Below, in pieces: positions 45,224 to 53,458 of a stretch of DNA of 57,193 nt. The DNA is from a virus. Its lineage: Duplodnaviria; Caudoviricetes. The stretch is taken from positions 1-57,193 of IMG/VR virus record IMGVR_UViG_3300035670_000250; one strand, given 5' to 3'. The position numbers and the translations under genes are program-made. Each line of letters begins with the position of its first letter. Position 1 is the stretch's first letter. The notes under the pieces are model-generated. The model did no database searches. It worked only from the letters and a program-made list of their open reading frames with translations, and was not told the origin of the DNA.

Positions 45224-46944
45224 TGTTTTCTACTAACAACATTTCCCAAAGAAGAGTTAATCGGATTTGAAGCATTACTCTTTTCATCCAAAATCACCTG
45301 AGCTTCATCAAAGGCCTCTGCTTCCATGTTATATTCTGAAGCAATTTGAGATATATTTGCCACACCTTGAATGTTTATCTGACCAACAAAAGAACTTATT
45401 TGTTCATTCGTAAATCCACCAGTTGACATGGTATTGAATATTGCTCCTACACTAACCTGACCCAATCCCGAACTACCTAAAACATTGACAAATCCGGTTA
45501 CTTGCGTTTGGTCGAGTCCCAAATTTGTAAGTGTATTTGTGTAAACTCCTATTTCCAAAGCACTAAATCCCATCGAAGAAAAGTCATTTGACAGAGAAGT
45601 TATTTGTTGTGTACTAAAACCAACTGAAATAAGACCATTGACAGTGTTGGTTATTTCTGCTTGTCCTGCTCCAGAAGCTGTGAAATTATTTATTAGTTGA
45701 TTTCTCTGTTGCAACGAAAAACCTTGAGAAGCTAAAGATTGATCCATCTGAGCAATTTCTTCTTCAGAAATCGGTATTGGTTCGGGTCTTAAAGGATCTA
45801 GATTTTCAACTATATCTTCTTCTGTCAAGTCTTTAGCTTGTTTCCACCCATTTTGAGTTTTAAGTTGTCGTGTTTCTTCACATTCCAATACTGTTCCATC
45901 TTCAAATTCGAGAATTATTTTTTTAGTCGTTTGTTCTGTTTCGGCACAAGACTTGTTCAATTTGAATCCTGGATTATTGGAAGTTGGAGAAATCCCTGGT
46001 GGATTGAGGTCTATTTTTGGAGCAGAAAGAATCATGTTCCCACCACTTATTATTTGTGCAGTTCCCTTTATACTGTGGAGAAAATTTCCATCTGTTTGCA
46101 TTGTGGTGTCACCAGCAACGTGTATTCTTGCGTCACCACCTACTTGGATGTCTAGATTTTTTCCTGAATATATTTTGATTGTGTCTCCCACATTCACAGT
46201 CAAATTTCCATAAACAGAAACATGGTTGTTTTTTCTGACTATCAGAAAATCGTCTCCTATTATCTTGTGAACGACAGAACCATCGGGGTGTATTTCCTCG
46301 AATGTCCCCGATTTGTGGTATCTGTGAATTCTTTCCGAGCCTGGAGTGTCGTCTACTTCAAACACATGACCCGATTCCGATTCTTGAACATGATTTTTTG
46401 GGTAGGCTGCATTATACGGAGTTTCAGGTTCAGACCAACTTCCACCCAAAGCAGTTGGGTTGCAGTCATCAACATCTTCTTTCTTTTTTTGTACTATAGT
46501 ATTTTCTATGTCTTCATTTCTAGCTAACTTATTGGTGTCTGGTTCATTGAGATAAGAGTCTTTTGGAAAAACTTCATTCGGATCGTTGAATCCGACAGAA
46601 GGATTTTTAGAAGATATGTCCCCAAGAGTGTTTATTCCACCAAAAGTTCCCAATATCATTGGTTGTTGACAACTGTCTCCATCCTTGAAGAAACCCAACA
46701 CCCAAGTTCCGGGCAATATTCCAGTTGGCGATATGCCAACTCCACTTGAACTTGCACTATGATAGGGCATCATGGGATGTGCCCACGGAAGACTTTCAGT
46801 TGGAATCTCTGTTTTGTTTGGGGTGTGTAGACCCACTATTCTCACTCGACAACGACCAATCTTCAGGGGATCGTTCACATCTTCGACAAACCCATACCAC
46901 CAAAAAAAGGTGTTATTTACGGTATCAATCGATTTCATAATCAT
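45220..46944 (-). CDS. gp5: Baseplate central spike (no lysozyme domain; approx. 260-aa C-terminal extension)
   Basis: OB fold FFWWYGFVEDVNDPLKIGRCRVRIVGLH...LPWA...QQPMILGT; beta helix YPKNHVQESESGHVFEVDDTPGSERIHRYHKSGTFEEIHPDG; spike end KIDLN. Confidence 0.93.
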   Translation of the reverse strand: MIMKSIDTVNNTFFWWYGFVEDVNDPLKIGRCRVRIVGLHTPNKTEIPTESLPWAHPMMPYHSASSSGVGISPTGILPGTWVLGFFKDGDSCQQPMILGTFGGINTLGDISSKNPSVGFNDPNEVFPKDSYLNEPDTNKLARNEDIENTIVQKKKEDVDDCNPTALGGSWSEPETPYNAAYPKNHVQESESGHVFEVDDTPGSERIHRYHKSGTFEEIHPDGSVVHKIIGDDFLIVRKNNHVSVYGNLTVNVGDTIKIYSGKNLDIQVGGDARIHVAGDTTMQTDGNFLHSIKGTAQIISGGNMILSAPKIDLNPPGISPTSNNPGFKLNKSCAETEQTTKKIILEFEDGTVLECEETRQLKTQNGWKQAKDLTEEDIVENLDPLRPEPIPISEEEIAQMDQSLASQGFSLQQRNQLINNFTASGAGQAEITNTVNGLISVGFSTQQITSLSNDFSSMGFSALEIGVYTNTLTNLGLDQTQVTGFVNVLGSSGLGQVSVGAIFNTMSTGGFTNEQISSFVGQINIQGVANISQIASEYNMEAEAFDEAQVILDEKSNASNPINSSLGNVVSRKQ

Positions 46945-48242
46945 CCACCTCCGACTTTCACTTGGTCGGGAATTTGATTGATGTAAGAATCCTTCATCAT
47001 TTCCAATCCCATGTAGTAACCATCCTGCCTAACTATGTGATGTCCGATTGATGTCACCAAATATTTTCCTGATAAATTAGGATCATTTACGGACTCTCCT
47101 TTTTTCAGGGGGAGAAATTCTGTGGAGGGGATCATCACTTCTACTATTTCCCCGACTCTTCTCCGCGAGTCTCCCTGAATATCAATTTTTAAAATTTTGT
47201 CGTGCATACGAGCTATCTGTGAATTTCTTTTTTGTGTTTTCTGCTGAATAATTTGTTCTGGTGTGTCATCAAATAAAAATTTACTATTGCTTCTTATAAA
47301 CATCTTGTTGGTTGGTTTTTGTGTTATCAGATAGGAAACTGGTGCTATGGGATTTTCGTGTATTGCTTTGGTGTTGTCGAAATCTTCAACGTATGAAAAG
47401 AATTTGTATTCTAAATTTTTGTATGTGGAATCAAAAATCCCCATGATAGAAGAGAAAACTCCCTGCATTTCCATCTCACTTTTTTTGTACCCATCAGAAA
47501 GTTCTGTGTATGATTCCATTCTTCTCAGTTGGGTGTTGATGTCTGGGAAAGAGAAATTGTTCTTTTGTGATGGGGTATATTCAAAAGTAGTGGTTGGTTG
47601 TTGTAACTTCAAAAGAGAAAGGGGAACAAAATAAAAACAACCCATTCCCTCAAAAAATACATAGTCACAATTTTCTTCGTACGAAGTCTTACTAGCAAGC
47701 CAATTTAATGCTTGAAATGGTGTCCAATTTGGTATCACGATATTCGTTTCGCTATTGGTGTCTTCTATTACTACAATACTTTCGTTTTTATCCGTTTTCA
47801 AGAAATCGTCAAATATCAATCTTGCAATTTCGGATATCTTTTTTGCTGAGTATGCTTTTGATATTTTTGTCGAATAATCCAAGAAATATTGTTTAGATGC
47901 AAATTTCAAAACCAAGAAAGTTTCGTTTTTTCCTGGAATTCTTTCGTTCATGGCTATTTCATGAACATAAAAGGTTTTTACTATTTCTTCGGAGGAAGGA
48001 GTTTTGAAGATTATTTCTATTGTTTCCTTTCCGATCAGGGGGATATTGCTCACAAAATTGTTTTGATCCAATATCATTAGAGATCCTGTAAGTGTGTTCG
48101 AAAACATACTTTCGTAAATTTCTAATTCTATGAATAATTTGCTAGCATCGATTCGAACACCGGAATGATTGATTATCTCCAACTTAAGTAGATTTATTTC
48201 ACTACCAACTGATATTCTATCTTTTAAAATATTTGAGGACAT
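46941..48242 (-). CDS. Baseplate hub protein (gp27-like)
   Basis: IYESMFSNTLTG...D, PLIGKETI, IPNWTPFQALNWLA, GDSRRRVGEIV, SGKYLVTSIGH; lies between gp53 and gp5. Confidence 0.8.
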   Translation of the reverse strand: MSSNILKDRISVGSEINLLKLEIINHSGVRIDASKLFIELEIYESMFSNTLTGSLMILDQNNFVSNIPLIGKETIEIIFKTPSSEEIVKTFYVHEIAMNERIPGKNETFLVLKFASKQYFLDYSTKISKAYSAKKISEIARLIFDDFLKTDKNESIVVIEDTNSETNIVIPNWTPFQALNWLASKTSYEENCDYVFFEGMGCFYFVPLSLLKLQQPTTTFEYTPSQKNNFSFPDINTQLRRMESYTELSDGYKKSEMEMQGVFSSIMGIFDSTYKNLEYKFFSYVEDFDNTKAIHENPIAPVSYLITQKPTNKMFIRSNSKFLFDDTPEQIIQQKTQKRNSQIARMHDKILKIDIQGDSRRRVGEIVEVMIPSTEFLPLKKGESVNDPNLSGKYLVTSIGHHIVRQDGYYMGLEMMKDSYINQIPDQVKVGGG

Positions 48243-48248
48243 TCTATT

Positions 48249-49250
48249 TTAACCCCTGAATATTTCTTTTATTTGTTTTAGGATTTCTTCGACTACCTGC
48301 GGTTTTGGGACCAGTATTCTTCTCTTGGATTCATTCAATTCCAGTTCGTGCTCTTCGTTTGTGGTATAATAGGAACTGTTCATATATTCCCCGTCGTCGT
48401 CTGCGATTGCAAAAACATCCGCAAAACTTCTATTGGTCTCAAGAGGATTGACAAAGTTTCCATTTGCTAAATTATCAGTAGTTGGGGGGAATATGAAGAA
48501 GTTATATGGATCTTCTTCATAAGAAACCAGTCCCTCCGAAAATATCATTCTAGGATCCCTATATTCGTCGTTGTATTTAAATTCATATGGTGCGTATCTT
48601 CTGTAGTTTATGATTCTAGTTATTGGGATTCTCACACATTTCACCACTCCGTAGTAGTCGAATTCGTAGTAAAAATATCTATTCCCACCCGAATTCAGAT
48701 TCCAAGATTGCCTTTCCAAAACCACTTCATAAAATTCACTGTTTACTGCTATTATTTCTGTGTCAAAAAACTCTCCGTCCAAAGAAACCTTTACCGAATT
48801 TCCTTTATTGAGAGTGTTTAAAAATTTTCCGCTAATTTCGGTAGAAGAGAAAACCGTGGATGAATTTACTTGTGATAGGGGACCATTGAAGATGGAATAC
48901 TGATTTTTGTCTTTCCATATATCAGGGACAAAAAAACTACTCCCTTGATACTTTTCATCTATGAACGACTGCAAGTCGGTATTGCTCAACGGCCAAGAAT
49001 AGTAGGGATTTATCACATCATTCACTATATAAAAAATCCAATGTAAGTCTGGTCTGTCATAGAGCCTGTGAGCTAGAGTATCTGGTCTTTCGGTGTCTCT
49101 TATCGTATATTCGTCAAAATTAGTCTTATAGGTTTTCAGATAATCGGAAAACTTAACCCGCAGAGTAACATTTCTAGCAGTTTTGAGGATTCTTTGCTCT
49201 TCTGTGTTATAGTACGGATAATCGATAGTGGGAAAATTTGTGAAATACAT
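48249..49250 (-). CDS. gp53: Baseplate wedge protein (LysM-like)
   Basis: YFTNFPTIDY, YTIRDTERPDTLAHRLY...LHW, INPYYSWP, TNEEHELELNESKRRI. Confidence 0.92.
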   Translation of the reverse strand: MYFTNFPTIDYPYYNTEEQRILKTARNVTLRVKFSDYLKTYKTNFDEYTIRDTERPDTLAHRLYDRPDLHWIFYIVNDVINPYYSWPLSNTDLQSFIDEKYQGSSFFVPDIWKDKNQYSIFNGPLSQVNSSTVFSSTEISGKFLNTLNKGNSVKVSLDGEFFDTEIIAVNSEFYEVVLERQSWNLNSGGNRYFYYEFDYYGVVKCVRIPITRIINYRRYAPYEFKYNDEYRDPRMIFSEGLVSYEEDPYNFFIFPPTTDNLANGNFVNPLETNRSFADVFAIADDDGEYMNSSYYTTNEEHELELNESKRRILVPKPQVVEEILKQIKEIFRG

Positions 49251-49253
49251 GTA

Positions 49254-50549
49254 TCAATATCCTTGTTGTATTCTTTCTCTTGTGAGAAGTTCTAGTTCAG
49301 TGAAGTCTAAAGAAATTTTAATGGAATTTGCGGGTGCTCCAAAAGCTCTAGCCGATTCACTGAAAGGTGGGAGAGTCGCTTCGAAATCCCTGAAAAAGAT
49401 TAAATCCTTGCCACCGTAAGTCACTTCAACTTTAGTGCAAGCACACATTCCGATTCTGAACAGAAAGTCGTTTTGTTTTGTTCCATTGAAAAATCCTATC
49501 TTGAATTGGCCGGGGAAGTCCAAGAACATTCCCGCACTTGCTAATTTTGGATGGGAATATTTCTTGAATGCGTAGACAATGGAATATATCTTGAGAACAT
49601 CTTCTTTGCTTGATGGCATCAATTCCCAACTAAAACTGAAGGTTCTTCTTCCCACTCCCTTGAATATCTGTTCCTTGAACCTGTTGGGAGTTTGTCTGTT
49701 TGCTGCGTTTTGAAATTGATTCAAGTCTAGACCTTCGTTCCCCAATATTTTGGATAGGCCATCTGTTATTGTGGTGGGAACGGAACCTACTTTTCTCAAT
49801 ATAGCTTTCATTTCATCGGTGTCTGCTCCCTGACCATCGCCCGCCAAAGCCTGACCTGCCTTTGCGGCTGCCATGAGATTTAGGACACCAGTCAAGTCGG
49901 AATCCTCGTAATCCATAGAGTAAGAACTGTTCAATTGTGCTGTCATCGGCAATGCTATGGACAAGTTTGCTCTAACAGTTTTATCTGCAAATCCTAATCT
50001 AGTGGAAGCAAATGACCTCAGTCCCCTTCCTTGAATCGCGTTTTTGGTGTCCGCGTCATTTCCAGCTCTAAAGGCTGAAACCAAGTTTTCAGCTCCTCCA
50101 CTTTCTATCCAAGCTACACCAGCGATCCCACCAACGGCACCAAGAAGACCACCACCAAGCAATCCCAACGTCCCGCCTGCCGCTAAAGTAGCAGCTCTTT
50201 CCTTCAGTCCCGCTAATTCTTCTTCTTTCTCTTTTATCTCTCCAGATGTGGGGTCTGTGGATCCTAATAAATTGCTCAACTTGGAAGCTCTTTCAGAATT
50301 GGTTATGAAGGACGATCTTTGGACTTCCAGTGCTTGACCACCAGTGTCGTAAATATCGAAAAGAATATAATTTGCAAGTTTGGGATTATATCCTAAATCG
50401 GGTGGGAATTGAAGAACAGTTGTCTCTTTCCCAGTAAGCAAAGATTCCCAAGCACTAGACGGGAGATAATCAGACTCTAGGCTCTGTATCCCTTCGCCGG
50501 ATAATTTGCGTTGCCATTCTTCCTCTTGTGAATCGACTCTGGTAGGCAT
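49254..50549 (-). CDS. gp48: Baseplate tail tube cap
   Basis: LQFPPDL, IALPM, NRFKEQIFKGVGRRTFSFSWELMPSSKED, FKKYSHP, LDFTELELLTRERIQQGY. Confidence 0.88.
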   Translation of the reverse strand: MPTRVDSQEEEWQRKLSGEGIQSLESDYLPSSAWESLLTGKETTVLQFPPDLGYNPKLANYILFDIYDTGGQALEVQRSSFITNSERASKLSNLLGSTDPTSGEIKEKEEELAGLKERAATLAAGGTLGLLGGGLLGAVGGIAGVAWIESGGAENLVSAFRAGNDADTKNAIQGRGLRSFASTRLGFADKTVRANLSIALPMTAQLNSSYSMDYEDSDLTGVLNLMAAAKAGQALAGDGQGADTDEMKAILRKVGSVPTTITDGLSKILGNEGLDLNQFQNAANRQTPNRFKEQIFKGVGRRTFSFSWELMPSSKEDVLKIYSIVYAFKKYSHPKLASAGMFLDFPGQFKIGFFNGTKQNDFLFRIGMCACTKVEVTYGGKDLIFFRDFEATLPPFSESARAFGAPANSIKISLDFTELELLTRERIQQGY

Positions 50550-50565
50550 TTTTTCCCCTTTTCTT

Positions 50566-50581
50566 TATAAATATATTTATA
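50566..50581. promoter_or_regulatory. Palindromic pair of late promoters for the divergent gp48 and gp4 operons
   Basis: TATAAATA-TATTTATA forms a perfect 16-bp palindrome at the strand switch. Confidence 0.9.
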
Positions 50582-50583
50582 CC

Positions 50584-51036
50584 ATGAGCTACAAAGGATT
50601 TTATAGAATCAAAAACCCACAGAAATACAAGGGCGACCACAAAAATTGTGTTTTCAGGTCACTGTGGGAAAGAAAGTTCATGAAATATTGCGACGAAAAC
50701 ACCAACGTACTGGAATGGTCTTCTGAGGAAGTCAGAATCCCTTACATATCCCCAATAGACAATAGACGACACACCTATTTCGTGGACTTCTTGATGAAGG
50801 TAAAGGACAGGGAAAATAAAATAAAAACATACCTTATAGAGATAAAACCAAAAAGACAAACGGAAAAGCCTCTTGTCACCGAAGGAAAAAAGATGACAAG
50901 TTCATTGAAAAGACAAATGGTCACTTACATAATAAACAAGAGTAAATGGGAAGCAGCTAAAGACTATTGCGAAGATAGAGGATGGAAATTTGTGATACTC
51001 ACAGAAAAAACTCTATTCGGAAAAAAGAATAAATGA
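50584..51036 (+). CDS. gp4: Head completion nuclease
   Basis: YKG.Y..KNPQKYKGD, RSLWERKFMKYCD, WSSEE..IPY.SP.D...H.YF.DF, EIKP, NKSKWEAA; start moved to MSYKG. Confidence 0.93.
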   Translation: MSYKGFYRIKNPQKYKGDHKNCVFRSLWERKFMKYCDENTNVLEWSSEEVRIPYISPIDNRRHTYFVDFLMKVKDRENKIKTYLIEIKPKRQTEKPLVTEGKKMTSSLKRQMVTYIINKSKWEAAKDYCEDRGWKFVILTEKTLFGKKNK

Positions 51037-51653
51037 TAGAAGAAATAGAAAGAAAAATCGTGGAGCAGGAAATAAACTACGAAGATCTTAGTTTCATGGA
51101 CTGGGCGCAAAATGAGATAAATTTATTGAGTGGTCCTCAAAGAATAGAGTTGAGTGAAGATATATTGAATAGTGAAAATTTTAGAGGATGGTTCATGGGC
51201 AATTTTTACACTTTTAATTACCTGTATAAAGAAGATCCTACCTCCAAGTTTATTCCATCTTACGATAGACAACCCTTAATATACTTGCTTAAGAGGAAAG
51301 GAAAAATAATACATGGATTCAATTTAAATTACCTCAATCCACTAAGTGTATTGAAACTTTTCATGAACGACATATTCAGTTTTTATTATCAGCAATTGGA
51401 CGAAGATGAAAAATCCTACAACAGTAGATCTTTAGCAACCTACGAAAATATATTGAGGTATGACAGATTATTCGCGAGTAGAGCAATATACAGAAAATAC
51501 AACATAAATTTAATAAATTCAGTAAAGGTGATTCCCAAGAGATATATAAAGATATACGCCATGATGGGAAATGGTTTGTTTCCCAAATCTTCAAAATCTA
51601 CGGTTTATCAAGCAACTATAAAACACATGAATTACCGAAGAGCAAATAGTTAG
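51033..51653 (+). CDS. gp2: DNA end protector protein (gp2-like)
   Basis: GNFYTFNY, PSYDRQPLI, GFNLNYL, RKY; located after gp4. Confidence 0.72.
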   Translation: MIEEIERKIVEQEINYEDLSFMDWAQNEINLLSGPQRIELSEDILNSENFRGWFMGNFYTFNYLYKEDPTSKFIPSYDRQPLIYLLKRKGKIIHGFNLNYLNPLSVLKLFMNDIFSFYYQQLDEDEKSYNSRSLATYENILRYDRLFASRAIYRKYNINLINSVKVIPKRYIKIYAMMGNGLFPKSSKSTVYQATIKHMNYRRANS

Positions 51654-51665
51654 AGGAAAACAAAA

Positions 51666-52493
51666 ATGACTTCACCGTTTCCATATCAAAAGGGCGATCT
51701 TTATGAGGGGTTCATGAGCAAACTCAAAAGGAAAGGACTTGCTAGAACCAATGACTTTTATGTCAAAATAGAATTGAATGAAAATATCGCTAGGTTGCCT
51801 TTTGAAAACAGACAAAGATTCACAAGTGAGGACCAAAGAGAAATATCATTTATGTGCAAATCTGCGTCGTTGCCTAAACACTCGATCAAAGTTGAAGATT
51901 TTGTGGAAAAACCGAGTGTAGTTTCAAAAATAGCACATTATAGAGAAGAAAGTCAAATCCTCCCTATGACTTTTTATTGTGGACCCGACTTGTGGGAAAG
52001 GAAGTTCTTTGAAAAATGGATGAATTACGCAGTGGATCCAATCACATATACACCGAATTATTACAATGAATATGCAAAATTTAATAACATAACTTTATTT
52101 GTTTTGCCTAAAACCTTTTCGGGTCAAATGGTAAATGAGGGGTTTGTGGATTATATCTCTGCGGCAGATTTACAAACCACGTTCAATGGAACTCCAGCTG
52201 GAGGAGGTTCTTTTATAAACACCCCCCAAGGAATCGGGACTCCATTTGCATTCAGTAATAATTTTCAGGGAATATCAGACTCCCTAAAAAGTAACAGTAA
52301 AAAGGGAGCTGGTTCTGGACAAAAGATATACTACGTTAAGTTTTTCGAGTGTTACCCTACAAGTTTGAGTGAAGTTCAAATGAGCACTTCAAACGATTCC
52401 AATGCGATGGAATTTAACGTGGAAATAAGTTATAAATATTTTCAAACTATCACTGATTTGGAGTTCTCTCCACTGAAAGACGACGTTTTATAA
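51666..52493 (+). CDS. gp54: Tail tube-like baseplate tail-tube initiator
   Basis: GLARTNDFYV, MCKSASLP, ERKFFEKW, ECYPTSLSEVQM, FNVEISYKYF (tube-protein fold). Confidence 0.75.
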   Translation: MTSPFPYQKGDLYEGFMSKLKRKGLARTNDFYVKIELNENIARLPFENRQRFTSEDQREISFMCKSASLPKHSIKVEDFVEKPSVVSKIAHYREESQILPMTFYCGPDLWERKFFEKWMNYAVDPITYTPNYYNEYAKFNNITLFVLPKTFSGQMVNEGFVDYISAADLQTTFNGTPAGGGSFINTPQGIGTPFAFSNNFQGISDSLKSNSKKGAGSGQKIYYVKFFECYPTSLSEVQMSTSNDSNAMEFNVEISYKYFQTITDLEFSPLKDDVL

Positions 52494-52508
52494 TTATAGG
52501 AGATCGAA

Positions 52509-53234
52509 ATGGCTTTACCAAAAATTGGGGTTCCGTACTATTCGTTGAAGTTGGTGTCAGGAAAAAACATTCAATTCAGACCCTTTACGGTCAAGGAAGA
52601 AAAGATTCTTCTTCTTGCAAATGAAAGCAAGAATCAGAAAAACATTTCCAATGCAATCAAGAATGTTTTGAATTCTTGCATCATGCAGGAAGAGGGAAAT
52701 CCGCCTATAAATGTCGAGGAACTTCCAGTTTTTGACGTTGAATTGCTGTTTTTGCACATAAGAATGAAGTCTGTCGGTGAATATAGTGAATTTAAGTATA
52801 AGTGTGAGGAATGCGAAGGTTCACCGGAAGTTTCTACTAGACTAGACCTTAGAAATATAATTGTAGAGAATAATGATAAGAAAAAAGAAACTAAGCTCAT
52901 GTTGACCAAAGAGGTGGGGGTGGAACTTAGATATCCTCCGTTCAAGGTTCTTTTGAAAAATGAAAACTCCAGCAAAGAAAAGGATCCCTTTTCCGCACTG
53001 GAAATCATAAAAGATTGTATAGTTTCGGTTTTCGATGCAAATCAGGTATACCAAAGGAAGGATTTCACCGACCAAGATTTGAATGAATTTATAGAATCAT
53101 TGACACAAGATCAAATGTTGAAGATCAATTCATTCTTTGAAGACATGCCTAAATTGACTTATAACTTGGAGGTTGAATGTCCATGTGGTTTGGTTTCCTC
53201 CAAGAAACTGAGTGGAATCGCTGATTTTTTCTGA
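52509..53234 (+). CDS. gp26: Baseplate hub assembly chaperone
   Basis: MALPKI..P.Y, FRPFTVKEEKILLLA, FDVELLFLHIRMKSVGE, CxxC, FFEDMPKL, ends GIADFF. Confidence 0.92.
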   Translation: MALPKIGVPYYSLKLVSGKNIQFRPFTVKEEKILLLANESKNQKNISNAIKNVLNSCIMQEEGNPPINVEELPVFDVELLFLHIRMKSVGEYSEFKYKCEECEGSPEVSTRLDLRNIIVENNDKKKETKLMLTKEVGVELRYPPFKVLLKNENSSKEKDPFSALEIIKDCIVSVFDANQVYQRKDFTDQDLNEFIESLTQDQMLKINSFFEDMPKLTYNLEVECPCGLVSSKKLSGIADFF

Positions 53235-53248
53235 TTAGTTTCCTCTAT

Positions 53249-53425
53249 ATGGACTTGGAAAATTATTTTAAGTTGAACTTCAATCTGATGCATGATCATA
53301 AGTTCTCCTTGGAATCTATAGAGGAAATGATGCCTTGGGAGAGGGATGTTTACCTGATTTTATTGAAACAGTGGATCGAGGAAGAAAACAAACGGTTGGA
53401 AAAACAAAGATCAAAATATAAATAA
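53249..53425 (+). CDS. gp51: Baseplate hub assembly catalyst (gp51-like), possibly made as a -1 frameshift fusion with gp26
   Basis: Not in the ORF track. MDLENYFKLNFNLMHDHKFSLESIEEMMPWERDVYLILLKQWIEEENKRLEKQRSKYK matches the LENY...NF.LM..HK.SL..IE.M.PWER family. Confidence 0.88.
   Translation: MDLENYFKLNFNLMHDHKFSLESIEEMMPWERDVYLILLKQWIEEENKRLEKQRSKYK
53417..53424 (+). promoter_or_regulatory. T4 late promoter TATAAATA upstream of the tape measure gene
   Basis: Exact TATAAATA, overlapped by a second AATAAATA. Confidence 0.8.
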
Positions 53426-53458
53426 ATATAGTATTTTGATCCTATTGGGGGTATTCAA

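Noticed and set aside
45800-45950. Active intein in gp5
   Set aside because: Lacks TxxH, the C-terminal His-Asn and sufficient length; kept only as a remnant finding.
50506-50583. Longer N-termini from the ORF track for gp4 (likewise the GT at 12278 and PAAR at 32168)
   Set aside because: The gp4 extension overlaps the late promoter and gp48; for the GT and PAAR, RBS position or family-typical N-termini favour the downstream ATGs.
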